From assembly GCA_964574545.1 (NCBI GenBank), contig CAZNOC010000004.1, forward strand, positions 1-53,930: 53,930 bases of DNA, written 5' to 3'. Shown here in pieces: positions 35,572-43,275 of the stretch (position 1 is the first letter of the stretch; every line of letters starts with the position of its first letter). The notes beneath the pieces are model-generated. The model had not been told where the DNA came from and made no database searches. It saw only the letters and a program-made list of their open reading frames with translations. The stretch is from an uncultured Bifidobacteriaceae bacterium. Its GTDB lineage: Bacteria; Acidobacteriota; Vicinamibacteria; Vicinamibacterales; UBA2999. Both the position numbers and the translations under genes were made by a program.

Positions 35572-36060
35572 ATGGAGTACGTGATCGTCGAGAGCCCCAT
35601 CGGGCCGCTGATGCTGGCGGGCGAGGCCGACGTGCTGCATGTGCTGGCGTTTCAGTCGGGGTCGCGTGCCCAGGGACCTGATGCGTCGTGGACGCTCGCG
35701 CCAGGCGCGTTTCGCAGAGTGCGCGCCGAACTGGATCGCTACTTCGCCGGCACGCTTCGCGAGTTCCGGTCGCCGGTGGCGCCGGCTGGCACCGAGTTCC
35801 AGCGGCGCGTCTGGGAAGAGCTGAGACGCATCCCGTACGGCGAGACGATCAGCTACCTGGAACTCGCCAGACGGATCGGCAACGAGAAGGCCGTGCGTGC
35901 CGTGGGTCTCGCCAACGGCGCCAATCCACTCCCGGTGATCGTGCCGTGCCACCGCGTCATCGGGTCGAACGGCAGCCTGGTGGGGTTCGGAGGAGGTCTC
36001 GCGATCAAGAGGGCGCTGCTGGATCTGGAGACAGGACAAGGAGCACTCGAGATCTCTTGA
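35572..36060 (+). CDS. ogt: Methylated-DNA-protein-cysteine methyltransferase
   Basis: Active site IVPCHRVIGSNGSLVGFGGG. ATG 35572 is preceded by GGGGAGG. Confidence 0.9.
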   Translation: MEYVIVESPIGPLMLAGEADVLHVLAFQSGSRAQGPDASWTLAPGAFRRVRAELDRYFAGTLREFRSPVAPAGTEFQRRVWEELRRIPYGETISYLELARRIGNEKAVRAVGLANGANPLPVIVPCHRVIGSNGSLVGFGGGLAIKRALLDLETGQGALEIS

Positions 36061-36091
36061 TGTGGTGATGTGGTGATCTGATCTGGAGATC
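36058..36091. repeat. Short tandem repeats starting on the ogt stop codon, plus the palindrome GATCTGGAGATC
   Basis: TGATGTGG x2, TGATC x2, then GATCTGGAGATC (36080-36091). TGA occurs at 36058, 36066, 36074 and 36079, so it appears in all three frames. Confidence 0.7.
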
Positions 36092-36120
36092 CGGGGACCT
36101 GCCCCGAACTCCGGGGTGCG

Positions 36121-36143
36121 GAGGCCGTCCCGCGGGCGGCCTC
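36121..36143 (+). terminator. GC hairpin downstream of ogt
   Basis: GAGGCCG tcccgcggg CGGCCTC (7-bp stem). There is no U-tract. Confidence 0.35.
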
Positions 36144-36165
36144 AGGCCGCGAGGGTGGCGTTCAC

Positions 36166-36217
36166 CTGCACGATCGTGAGCCCGCTCGGGCGGCTTGCCG
36201 GGCTCACGATCGCGCAG
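36166..36217. other. Long perfect hairpin / palindrome in the 407-nt non-coding region
   Basis: CGATCGTGAGCCCG (36171-36184) pairs perfectly with CGGGCTCACGATCG (36199-36212). Four more base pairs follow a single mismatch (36166-36169 with 36214-36217). Confidence 0.6.
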
Positions 36218-36378
36218 TTGAGCGCCACCCCCGTCGGTCCCCTGGGACCGGCGGCCGCGGGACGGGTCGCCAGGCGCCGTCCGCGTCATCTGCGCAATCT
36301 GCGGATTTGAACAGTGCCCGACGGGCCGCGCCAGGACCGCGTGCCGGAAGGGATGCTGCGTCGTTCGGCCTTCTGGCC

Positions 36379-36384
36379 TATAAT
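36379..36384 (+). promoter_or_regulatory. Consensus -10 hexamer TATAAT upstream of the GltD-like/korAB genes
   Basis: The all-A/T hexamer TATAAT in a very G+C-rich spacer, 83 nt upstream of ATG 36468. I found no convincing -35 element. Confidence 0.35.
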
Positions 36385-36467
36385 TCGCTCACCAACGGCA
36401 AGCGCATCGGCGGCCCTGAGTTTCGGCGACCTTCGTACCTGAACGTCGCCCCGCGGGGGTAGCAGGC

Positions 36468-38255
36468 ATGAAGCGTACGGACGATCGCCACCCGGACTAC
36501 TTCCACAAGGTCGTGGACTGCCAGTGGGCGTGTCCTGCCCACACGAACGTCCCCGAGTACATCCGCCTCATCGCGCAGGAACGCTACACGGAGGCGTACC
36601 TGCTCAACCGCGAGTCCAACGTGTTTCCGGGCATCCTGGGCCGCACCTGCGACAGGCCGTGCGAGCCGGCGTGCCGGCGGACGAGGGTGGACGGGAAGCC
36701 GGTGGCCATCTGCCGCCTGAAGCGTGTTGCGGCCGACCAGCGCGACGAGGTGAAGCACCTCCTGCCGAAGGCGGCCACAGAGAAGAACGGCAAGCGGGTG
36801 GCCCTGATCGGGGCGGGGCCGGCCTCGCTCACGGTCGCTAACGACCTGATGCCGCTCGGCTACGCCTGCACGATCTTCGAGAAGCTGCCGACACCGGGCG
36901 GGTTGATGCGCACGAACATCCCCGCCTTCCGCCTCCCGGCGACCGTTCTCGACGAGGAGATCGACTACATCGTCGATATGGGCGTGGAGGTGAAGTACAA
37001 CACGCCGGTCGACAGCCTGAAGGCGCTGCTCGAGATGCGGGAGTTCGACGCCGTATTCGTCGGCAGCGGCGCCCCCAAGGGCAAGGAACTGGACATCCCG
37101 GGCCGCTGGGACAGCGACCAGATCTTCATCGGCATCGAGTGGCTCGAGGCCATCCACTTCGGGCACGTCTCGTCGATCGGCCCGAAGGTGCTCATCATCG
37201 GCGTCGGCAACACGGCGATGGACTGCTGCCGGTCGTCGAAGCGGCTGGGTGCGACGGACGTGAAGGTGATCGCGCGCAAGACGCGGAAGTACTTCAAGGC
37301 CTCGCCCTGGGAACTCGAGGACGCGGAGGAGGAAGGCGTCGAGATCGTCGAGAACCTGCAGCCGGTGCGCTTCGTGTACGAAGGAGGGCGGCTCGTCGGC
37401 ATGGAGTTCGACCGCTTCTCGTCGCAGGAGATCGACGGAAAGCTGAAGCAGGAGGTGATCGGCCGCGAGATCCTGCCGTGCGACTCCGTGGTGCTCGCGA
37501 TCGGCCAGGACAACGCCTTCCCCTGGATCGAGCGCGACATCGGCCTCGAGTTCGATCCGAAGTGGGACATGCCCGTCGTGGACAAGACCACGTTCATGAG
37601 CACCCGCGAGGGTGTGTTCTTCGGCGGCGATGCGGCGTTCGGCCCGCTCAACATCATCTGGGCCGTGGAACACGGGCATCAGGCGGCCATCTCGATCCAT
37701 CAGTACTGCCAGGGCTTGCCGGTCACCGAGCGTCCGCCGCGTGGCATCACGCTGACGAGCACCAAGATGGGGCTCCACGAGTGGGCCTACAGCAACGACT
37801 ACGACCCGGTGCCGCGCCAGAAGATGGTGCACGCCGAGATGCCCGCACGCTTCGAGCAGATGCACATCGAGGTGGAGAAGGGCTTCACCCCCGAGCAGAC
37901 CCGCGCCGAGGTGGAGCGCTGTCTCAACTGCGACGTGCAGACCCACTTCACCGACAGGCTGTGCATTGAATGCGACGCCTGCATCGACATCTGTCCGGTG
38001 GACTGCCTCACCATCGCTCCGAACGGCGAGGAAGCCGATCTGCGCGCGCGCCTGACGGCGCCCGCCGAGAACCTCGATCAGCCGCTGTTCGTGTCGGGCG
38101 GGCTGAAGCAGACCGGCCGGGTGATGGTGAAGGACGAGAACGTCTGCCTGCACTGCGGCCTCTGCGCCGAGCGCTGTCCGACCTATGCCTGGGACATGCG
38201 CAAGTCGCTCGTCCAGCTTCCCTATGCCGGCGCCCCGGTGCCGACGCCGGTGTAG
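36468..38255 (+). CDS. GltD-like NAD(P)H-dependent FAD oxidoreductase fused to a 2x[4Fe-4S] ferredoxin domain
   Basis: KRVALIGAGPASLTVANDL dinucleotide fold. N-terminal Cys cluster (CQWACPAHT..CDRPCEPAC), as in the glutamate synthase small chain. C-terminal CIECDACIDICP and CLHCGLCAERCP. Confidence 0.85.
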   Translation: MKRTDDRHPDYFHKVVDCQWACPAHTNVPEYIRLIAQERYTEAYLLNRESNVFPGILGRTCDRPCEPACRRTRVDGKPVAICRLKRVAADQRDEVKHLLPKAATEKNGKRVALIGAGPASLTVANDLMPLGYACTIFEKLPTPGGLMRTNIPAFRLPATVLDEEIDYIVDMGVEVKYNTPVDSLKALLEMREFDAVFVGSGAPKGKELDIPGRWDSDQIFIGIEWLEAIHFGHVSSIGPKVLIIGVGNTAMDCCRSSKRLGATDVKVIARKTRKYFKASPWELEDAEEEGVEIVENLQPVRFVYEGGRLVGMEFDRFSSQEIDGKLKQEVIGREILPCDSVVLAIGQDNAFPWIERDIGLEFDPKWDMPVVDKTTFMSTREGVFFGGDAAFGPLNIIWAVEHGHQAAISIHQYCQGLPVTERPPRGITLTSTKMGLHEWAYSNDYDPVPRQKMVHAEMPARFEQMHIEVEKGFTPEQTRAEVERCLNCDVQTHFTDRLCIECDACIDICPVDCLTIAPNGEEADLRARLTAPAENLDQPLFVSGGLKQTGRVMVKDENVCLHCGLCAERCPTYAWDMRKSLVQLPYAGAPVPTPV

Positions 38256-38270
38256 GCGATTGGCAATTCG

Positions 38271-38368
38271 CGAACCGCGAACCGGAATAACGAATAACGA
38301 ATCGCGAATAGCGAATAGCGAATGGCGAATAGCGAATGGCGAATAGCGAATAGCGACCAGCGAACCAG
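38271..38368. repeat. Heptad tandem array (CGAAnnG, about 14 copies) filling the spacer before korA
   Basis: cgaaccg cgaaccg gaataa cgaataa cgaatcg cgaatag cgaatag cgaatgg cgaatag cgaatgg cgaatag cgaatag cgaccag cgaaccag. The array ends 1 nt before the korA ATG. Confidence 0.85.
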
Positions 38369-38369
38369 T

Positions 38370-40166
38370 ATGGACCGTACGAACGATTTCGCCTTCAAGA
38401 TCGCCACACCCAACGGCACGGGGTCCGCATCGGCCAACGGGCTGATCATGCAGGCCATTTTTCGGATGGGCGTGCCGGTGACGGGCAAGAACGTGTTCCC
38501 GTCGAACATCCAGGGCCTGCCCACGTGGTACGAGATGCGCGTCAGCAAGGACGGGTACACCGCCCGCACGCCGCACTTCGACCTGATGGTGGCGCTCAAC
38601 CCGGCGACCTATGCGAAGGACGTGGCCGAGGTGCGGAGTGGCGGCTGGCTGCTCTACGACTCGACGTGGCCGCTCGACGCCGCCCTGAAGCGGCCGGACG
38701 TCACCTACCTGGGCGTGCCGCTGGCCAGGATGTGCAACGAACGCTTCGCGGGCGTGCGCGAGCGCATCCTGATGAAGAACATCGCCTATGCGGGCGCGCT
38801 GGCGGCCTTCCTGGGCATCGACACCGGGATCGTCAAGGCGCTCACGAAGGAGAAGTATGCGGCCAAGCCGGCGCTGCTCGACTCGAACGAGCAGGCGATC
38901 GCGCTCGGGCACGACTACGCGACGACGCACTTCGAGTGCCCGCTCCCGATCCACCTCGTGCCGATGGACGAGACGAAGGACGCCATCCTGATCGACGGCA
39001 ACACGTCGGCGGCGCTCGGCTGCCTGTACGCCGGGGCCACGGTGGGTGCGTGGTACCCGATCACGCCCTCCACGTCACTCATGGAGGCGTTCAAGGGGTT
39101 CTGCCAGAAGTATCGCCGCGATCCCGAGTCGAAGGAGAACCGCTACGCGATCCTTCAGGCCGAGGACGAGCTGGCCGCCATCGGCATGGTCATTGGCGCC
39201 GGGTGGTCGGGCGCCCGCGCGTTCACGCCGACCTCCGGGCCCGGTATCTCGCTCATGAACGAGTTCCTCGGCCTCGCCTACTATGCCGAGGTGCCCGCCG
39301 TGATCTTTGACGTGCAGCGCACCGGCCCGTCCACGGGGATGCCGACCCGCACGCAGCAGGGCGACCTGATGATGTGCGCCTATGCGTCGCACGGCGACAC
39401 GCGCCACATCTGCATTTATCCTTCCGACCCGCGCGAGGCGTTCGAGTTCGCCGTCGCGGCGTTCGACCTGGCCGAGCGCTTCCAGACGCCGGTATTCGTG
39501 CTGACGGACCTCGACATCGGCATGAACGACTGGATGATTCCGAAGCTCACCTGGGATGACGCGTACCGGCCGGACCGGGGGAAGGTGCTCGGCGCCGAGG
39601 AGCTGGAGCACGTCGCGCAGTTCCATCGCTACCTGGACGTGGACGGCGACGGCATCCCTGCCCGTACCCTCCCGGGAGTGCATCCGAACGGCGCCTACTT
39701 CGCGCGGGGCTCCGGCCACAACCGCTACGGCCGCTACACGGAAGACGACGAGGAGTACACGGACGTCGTCGATCGCATCGCCCGCAAGATCCAGAACGCG
39801 GCGAAGGCCGTGCCCGCCCCGGTCATTCGCCGCAGCCCGGGCGCGACCATGGGGGTGGTCACGGTCGGTGGGTGCCACGCGGCGTGCGTGGAAGCGCTGG
39901 ACCTTCTGGCAAGGGAGGGCATTGCGCTCGACTACATGCGGGTGCGCGGCTTCCCCTTCGGCGACGACGTGCGGGAGTTCCTCGCGTCTCACGAGGTCAA
40001 CTTCGTCGTTGAACAGAACCGTGACGCGCAGCTGCGCAGCTTGCTGACGCTCGAGACCGCCGTTCCGCTGGACCGCCTGCACTCGGTGCGCTACTACGGG
40101 GGGTTCCCGATGAGCGCGCATCACGTGGTGACGGGCGTGAAGGCCCGGCTGGACTGGGCGGCATAG
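38370..40166 (+). CDS. korA: 2-oxoacid:ferredoxin (acceptor) oxidoreductase subunit alpha
   Basis: N-terminus MDRTNDFAFKIATPNGTGSASANG, typical of KorA. The 16 residues upstream in the track ORF (MANSEWRIANSDQRTS) are a translation of the heptad repeat. Confidence 0.9.
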   Translation: MDRTNDFAFKIATPNGTGSASANGLIMQAIFRMGVPVTGKNVFPSNIQGLPTWYEMRVSKDGYTARTPHFDLMVALNPATYAKDVAEVRSGGWLLYDSTWPLDAALKRPDVTYLGVPLARMCNERFAGVRERILMKNIAYAGALAAFLGIDTGIVKALTKEKYAAKPALLDSNEQAIALGHDYATTHFECPLPIHLVPMDETKDAILIDGNTSAALGCLYAGATVGAWYPITPSTSLMEAFKGFCQKYRRDPESKENRYAILQAEDELAAIGMVIGAGWSGARAFTPTSGPGISLMNEFLGLAYYAEVPAVIFDVQRTGPSTGMPTRTQQGDLMMCAYASHGDTRHICIYPSDPREAFEFAVAAFDLAERFQTPVFVLTDLDIGMNDWMIPKLTWDDAYRPDRGKVLGAEELEHVAQFHRYLDVDGDGIPARTLPGVHPNGAYFARGSGHNRYGRYTEDDEEYTDVVDRIARKIQNAAKAVPAPVIRRSPGATMGVVTVGGCHAACVEALDLLAREGIALDYMRVRGFPFGDDVREFLASHEVNFVVEQNRDAQLRSLLTLETAVPLDRLHSVRYYGGFPMSAHHVVTGVKARLDWAA

Positions 40167-40173
40167 GGAGTTT

Positions 40174-40253
40174 CCAGTGGCCAGTTGCCAGTTCAAAGGC
40201 CGCCTCAGCCCTCGCGCACCTTTGAACTGATAACTGACAACTGATGACTGAAG
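40174..40253. repeat. Palindromic element: CCAGTnn heptads, CAGTTCAAAGG core, loop, CCTTTGAACTG core, nnnACTG heptads
   Basis: ccagtgg ccagttg ccagttcaaagg (40174-40199), a 19-nt loop, then cctttgaactg ataactg acaactg atgactg (40219-40250). It lies between the korA stop and the korB ATG. Confidence 0.85.
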
Positions 40254-40260
40254 ACCAACC

Positions 40261-41316
40261 ATGACCTACATCACCAAGCCAAAGGTCCACCACCCTTCGC
40301 TCCAGAAGAACGCCATCGGGCTGACCCGCCGCGACTACGAGGGGTCGATGTCCACCCTCTGTGCCGGCTGCGGGCACGACTCGGTCACGGCGGCGGTCAA
40401 CCAGGCGTTCTGGGAACTCGACATCGCGCCCTACAAGGTGGCGAAGCTCTCGGGCATCGGGTGCTCGTCGAAGACGCCGACGTACTTCCTGAAGGAGGCG
40501 CACGGTTTCAACAGCGTGCACGGCCGCATGCCGGCGCTGGCGACCGGGGCGAACGCGGCCAACGGCGACGTCATCTACATCGGCGTCTCGGGCGACGGCG
40601 ACTCGCTGTCGATCGGGCTCGGACAGATGTGCCATGCGATCCGCCGCAACGTGAACCTGCTGTACGTCCTCGAGAACAACGGCGTGTACGGGCTGACGAA
40701 GGGCCAGTTCTCGGCCTCGGCCGATCCGGGATCCACCAGCAAGAAGGGCGAGGCCAACACGATGGAGGCCATCGACGGCTGCCTCCTGGCCCTGTCGCTC
40801 GGCGCCACGTTCGTCGCCAGGAGCTTCTCGGGCGACAAGGCGCAGCTTGTCCCCATCCTGAAGGCGGGGCTCGCGCACAGAGGCTTTGCCTTCATCGACG
40901 TGATCTCGCCGTGCGTGACCTTCAACGACCACGAGGGGTCCACCAAGAGCTACGCCTACACGCGCGAGCACAACGTGGAAGTCGTGCAGGCCGACTTCGT
41001 GCCGCCGAGGGCCGAGATCACGACCGACTACGAGCCGGGCACCGCACGCAACGTGATGCTGCACGACGGAAGCTGGGTCCGGCTGCGGAAGCTGGCCGAG
41101 GACTACGACCCGACCGACCGCGACCGCGCGTACGCCTACATCCGCGAGCAGCAGCGGAAGGGCGAGGTCGTGACGGGCCTGCTGCACATCTCGCCCACGT
41201 CGAAGGACATGCACGAGCAGGCCGGCACGGTGCCGGCGCCCCTCGTGCACCTGCCGTACGAGCAGCTGTGCCCGGGCAGCGCCGAGCTGGAGAAGCTTCA
41301 GCAGCGGTTCAGATAG
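40261..41316 (+). CDS. korB: 2-oxoacid:ferredoxin oxidoreductase subunit beta (TPP-binding)
   Basis: LCAGCGH cysteine motif and GVSGDGDSLSIG TPP-binding motif. 351 aa. Confidence 0.92.
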   Translation: MTYITKPKVHHPSLQKNAIGLTRRDYEGSMSTLCAGCGHDSVTAAVNQAFWELDIAPYKVAKLSGIGCSSKTPTYFLKEAHGFNSVHGRMPALATGANAANGDVIYIGVSGDGDSLSIGLGQMCHAIRRNVNLLYVLENNGVYGLTKGQFSASADPGSTSKKGEANTMEAIDGCLLALSLGATFVARSFSGDKAQLVPILKAGLAHRGFAFIDVISPCVTFNDHEGSTKSYAYTREHNVEVVQADFVPPRAEITTDYEPGTARNVMLHDGSWVRLRKLAEDYDPTDRDRAYAYIREQQRKGEVVTGLLHISPTSKDMHEQAGTVPAPLVHLPYEQLCPGSAELEKLQQRFR

Positions 41317-41317
41317 G

Positions 41318-42796
41318 TCAGGTGTTCCACTCACGCGGCGTGAGGCGCAGCTTTCCGCTGAACCCCTTCGCCGACGAGAGCGGGATGTACCAGCCGGTCT
41401 CGTCTTCCTTCGCCGGGGTGCCTGTCTGCTCGCTCCACTGGTCGTCGGTCATGTTGTAGCGGATCGACCAGCCGTCCTCTTTCGGCAGGGCGCGGACCGT
41501 GACGGTGTTCCGGAACAGGTACTCGCCCGGAACGTGCTTGTCGAGGAAGAGGAACCCATCGATCTCGTACCCCGTCGTCGAGACCGCCAGGTCCACGCTG
41601 AAGACGATCGTCTGGCCCGAGGTGATCTTCTTCCGGTCGAGGAACGTCGAGAAGAGCACCGGCCACCGCCCCTCCTTGCCTCGCGGCGGCTGCATCATCT
41701 CGTCGAACTCCCGAAGCACGGCCGAGTAGGTGTCGATGCGCCGATCCGTCAGCTTGAAGGTGATGTTGCCGCGAGGCGACACCGTGGACTCGAAGTAGTA
41801 CGACGCCCGGATCGTCTTGCCCTCGTCCTTGGCCTTCTGGACCGACGGGGGCAGCGGCAGCGCCTCGACTTCGACCAGGCCGTCGACACGGGTGTCTCCG
41901 AAGAGGAACCGCACGAGGTTCTGGTAGCCCTCCTCCGAGTTCACGATGCCGTAGGGACCGCTGTGGCTGCGGAAGACGAACGCCCGTGGCGCGCCGGACA
42001 CCACGGCGTTCTCGATCTTCACCAGCCCGTCGCTCATCTCGCCCGCGAGCCGGCGCGACAGGCCGCCGCCCGCGTCGTAGTCCTTGTGGTTCGTGCCGAC
42101 GAGGCAGAAGAAGCGCTCAGGGTCGAAGGCGTCGCCGAGCGTGTCCACGCGCTTCGGCGAGCCGGCGAGACCCAGGTAGCCCGCGATGCGCTTCCGGTTG
42201 AAGTTGTTGAGGTCCCAGACGCCGAGGAACCCCGGGACGTTGATGCCGGCCATCTCGATGCCGTTATGGGGGCTGGCGTAGGTGAAGACCTTGTCCACGA
42301 GCGCGCGCTCGGCCTTCGTCGCGATCTTCTGCAGGAACGAACGGCACACCAGGCCACCCATCGAGTGGGCCACCAGGTAGACGCGGAAGGCCCTGCGCGC
42401 GGCCGCATCCTCACCGCACACCTGGTCCCGGACCTTCAGGATGAGGTCCCGTAAGCCTCTGGCGGCGTCCTCGATCGACGGGGCCTTCCCCGTACCGAGG
42501 TCGGGATCTCCCTCCTCGTAGTAGCGGTAGATGACCACGCTCTTCGCCGGCAGGGTGCCGGGCTGCTCGATGCCGTCCATGTAGATGTCGCGGTAGCCGT
42601 AGTCCTTCATCAGGCGGACGAGCGGCGACTCGAAGATGTGACGCACCACGCCGCCAGTCGAGTTCTGGCGCACCTTCGTGGACCCGAGGTTGAAGCCCAT
42701 GTAGGGCGTGGCGACGGTGGCGGCGATCTCGCCGGGGGTCATCGCGTAGCCGCGCACGTAGATGATGGGGTGATGCGGGGGGGTGACGATGGACAC
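41318..42796 (-). CDS. Lipase/PGAP1-like alpha/beta hydrolase with an uncharacterised beta-rich C-terminal domain of about 200 aa
   Basis: Nucleophile elbow VYLVAHSMGGLV. N-terminal PIIYVRGY start typical of lipase-like folds. GTG start with GGAG 8 nt upstream. I do not recognise the C-terminal half (from about VDGLVEVEALPLPP). Confidence 0.8.
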   Translation of the reverse strand: MSIVTPPHHPIIYVRGYAMTPGEIAATVATPYMGFNLGSTKVRQNSTGGVVRHIFESPLVRLMKDYGYRDIYMDGIEQPGTLPAKSVVIYRYYEEGDPDLGTGKAPSIEDAARGLRDLILKVRDQVCGEDAAARRAFRVYLVAHSMGGLVCRSFLQKIATKAERALVDKVFTYASPHNGIEMAGINVPGFLGVWDLNNFNRKRIAGYLGLAGSPKRVDTLGDAFDPERFFCLVGTNHKDYDAGGGLSRRLAGEMSDGLVKIENAVVSGAPRAFVFRSHSGPYGIVNSEEGYQNLVRFLFGDTRVDGLVEVEALPLPPSVQKAKDEGKTIRASYYFESTVSPRGNITFKLTDRRIDTYSAVLREFDEMMQPPRGKEGRWPVLFSTFLDRKKITSGQTIVFSVDLAVSTTGYEIDGFLFLDKHVPGEYLFRNTVTVRALPKEDGWSIRYNMTDDQWSEQTGTPAKEDETGWYIPLSSAKGFSGKLRLTPREWNT

Positions 42797-42990
42797 GGGC
42801 GGCTCCGGGGCTAGGCCGGTCCAGGCACATCGGAGCCGGCGCGGTGAACGACTGATGGCGCCCGGTCATTCTCCACGATCGCGAGGGCTCTGATGTGAAG
42901 ACTTGAGCCGCGTCAGGATTGAGGGAGGCAGCCCGAGGGAGGGGTGGCGGGCTCCCTCAGATGCGAGAGCCCGGCGACGATCGCAGGATG

Positions 42991-43275
42991 TCAGTTCGCG
43001 GGGCCGACGTCGCGGCGCAGGAGGCGTTCCGCACGGCGCACGTAGGTGCCCCGATCGGTGCGAGCGAGGAAGCCGTCCTTGAGGAGCCGTCCGCAGAGGT
43101 ACTCGCACGTCAAACGGTCGAGCCCCCAGAGGCGCTGCGCTTGCGGGAGGGTCAGGTCGAGTCCCGGCATCTCAGCGAACTCGGCCCGGATCCGATCCAG
43201 GAGGAGGCGCTCGTCGATGGGGCGGACGCGTACCTGGATGCTGGTCGTGCCGGAAGAACGGGAGAGAACTGTCAC
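42991..43275 (-). CDS. Small winged-helix-like putative DNA-binding protein (94 aa)
   Basis: LTLPQAQRLWGLDRLTCEYLCGRLLKDGFLARTDRGTYVR resembles a wHTH recognition helix plus wing. GTG start preceded by AAGGGGG. Same strand as the lipase-like gene and upstream of it. Confidence 0.6.
   Translation of the reverse strand: MTVLSRSSGTTSIQVRVRPIDERLLLDRIRAEFAEMPGLDLTLPQAQRLWGLDRLTCEYLCGRLLKDGFLARTDRGTYVRRAERLLRRDVGPAN

Noticed and set aside
36116-36310. A 64-aa plus-strand ORF and the 94-aa minus-strand ORF (36005..36289) in the long non-coding region.
   Set aside because: Their composition is Arg/Pro/Gly-rich, they have no RBS, and they span strong hairpins. They look like chance open frames.
38322-38369. 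ATG 38322 as the korA start (N-terminus MANSEWRIANSDQRTS).
   Set aside because: These residues are a direct translation of the CGAATAG heptad array. KorA-like N-termini begin near MDRTNDFAFKIATPNGTG.
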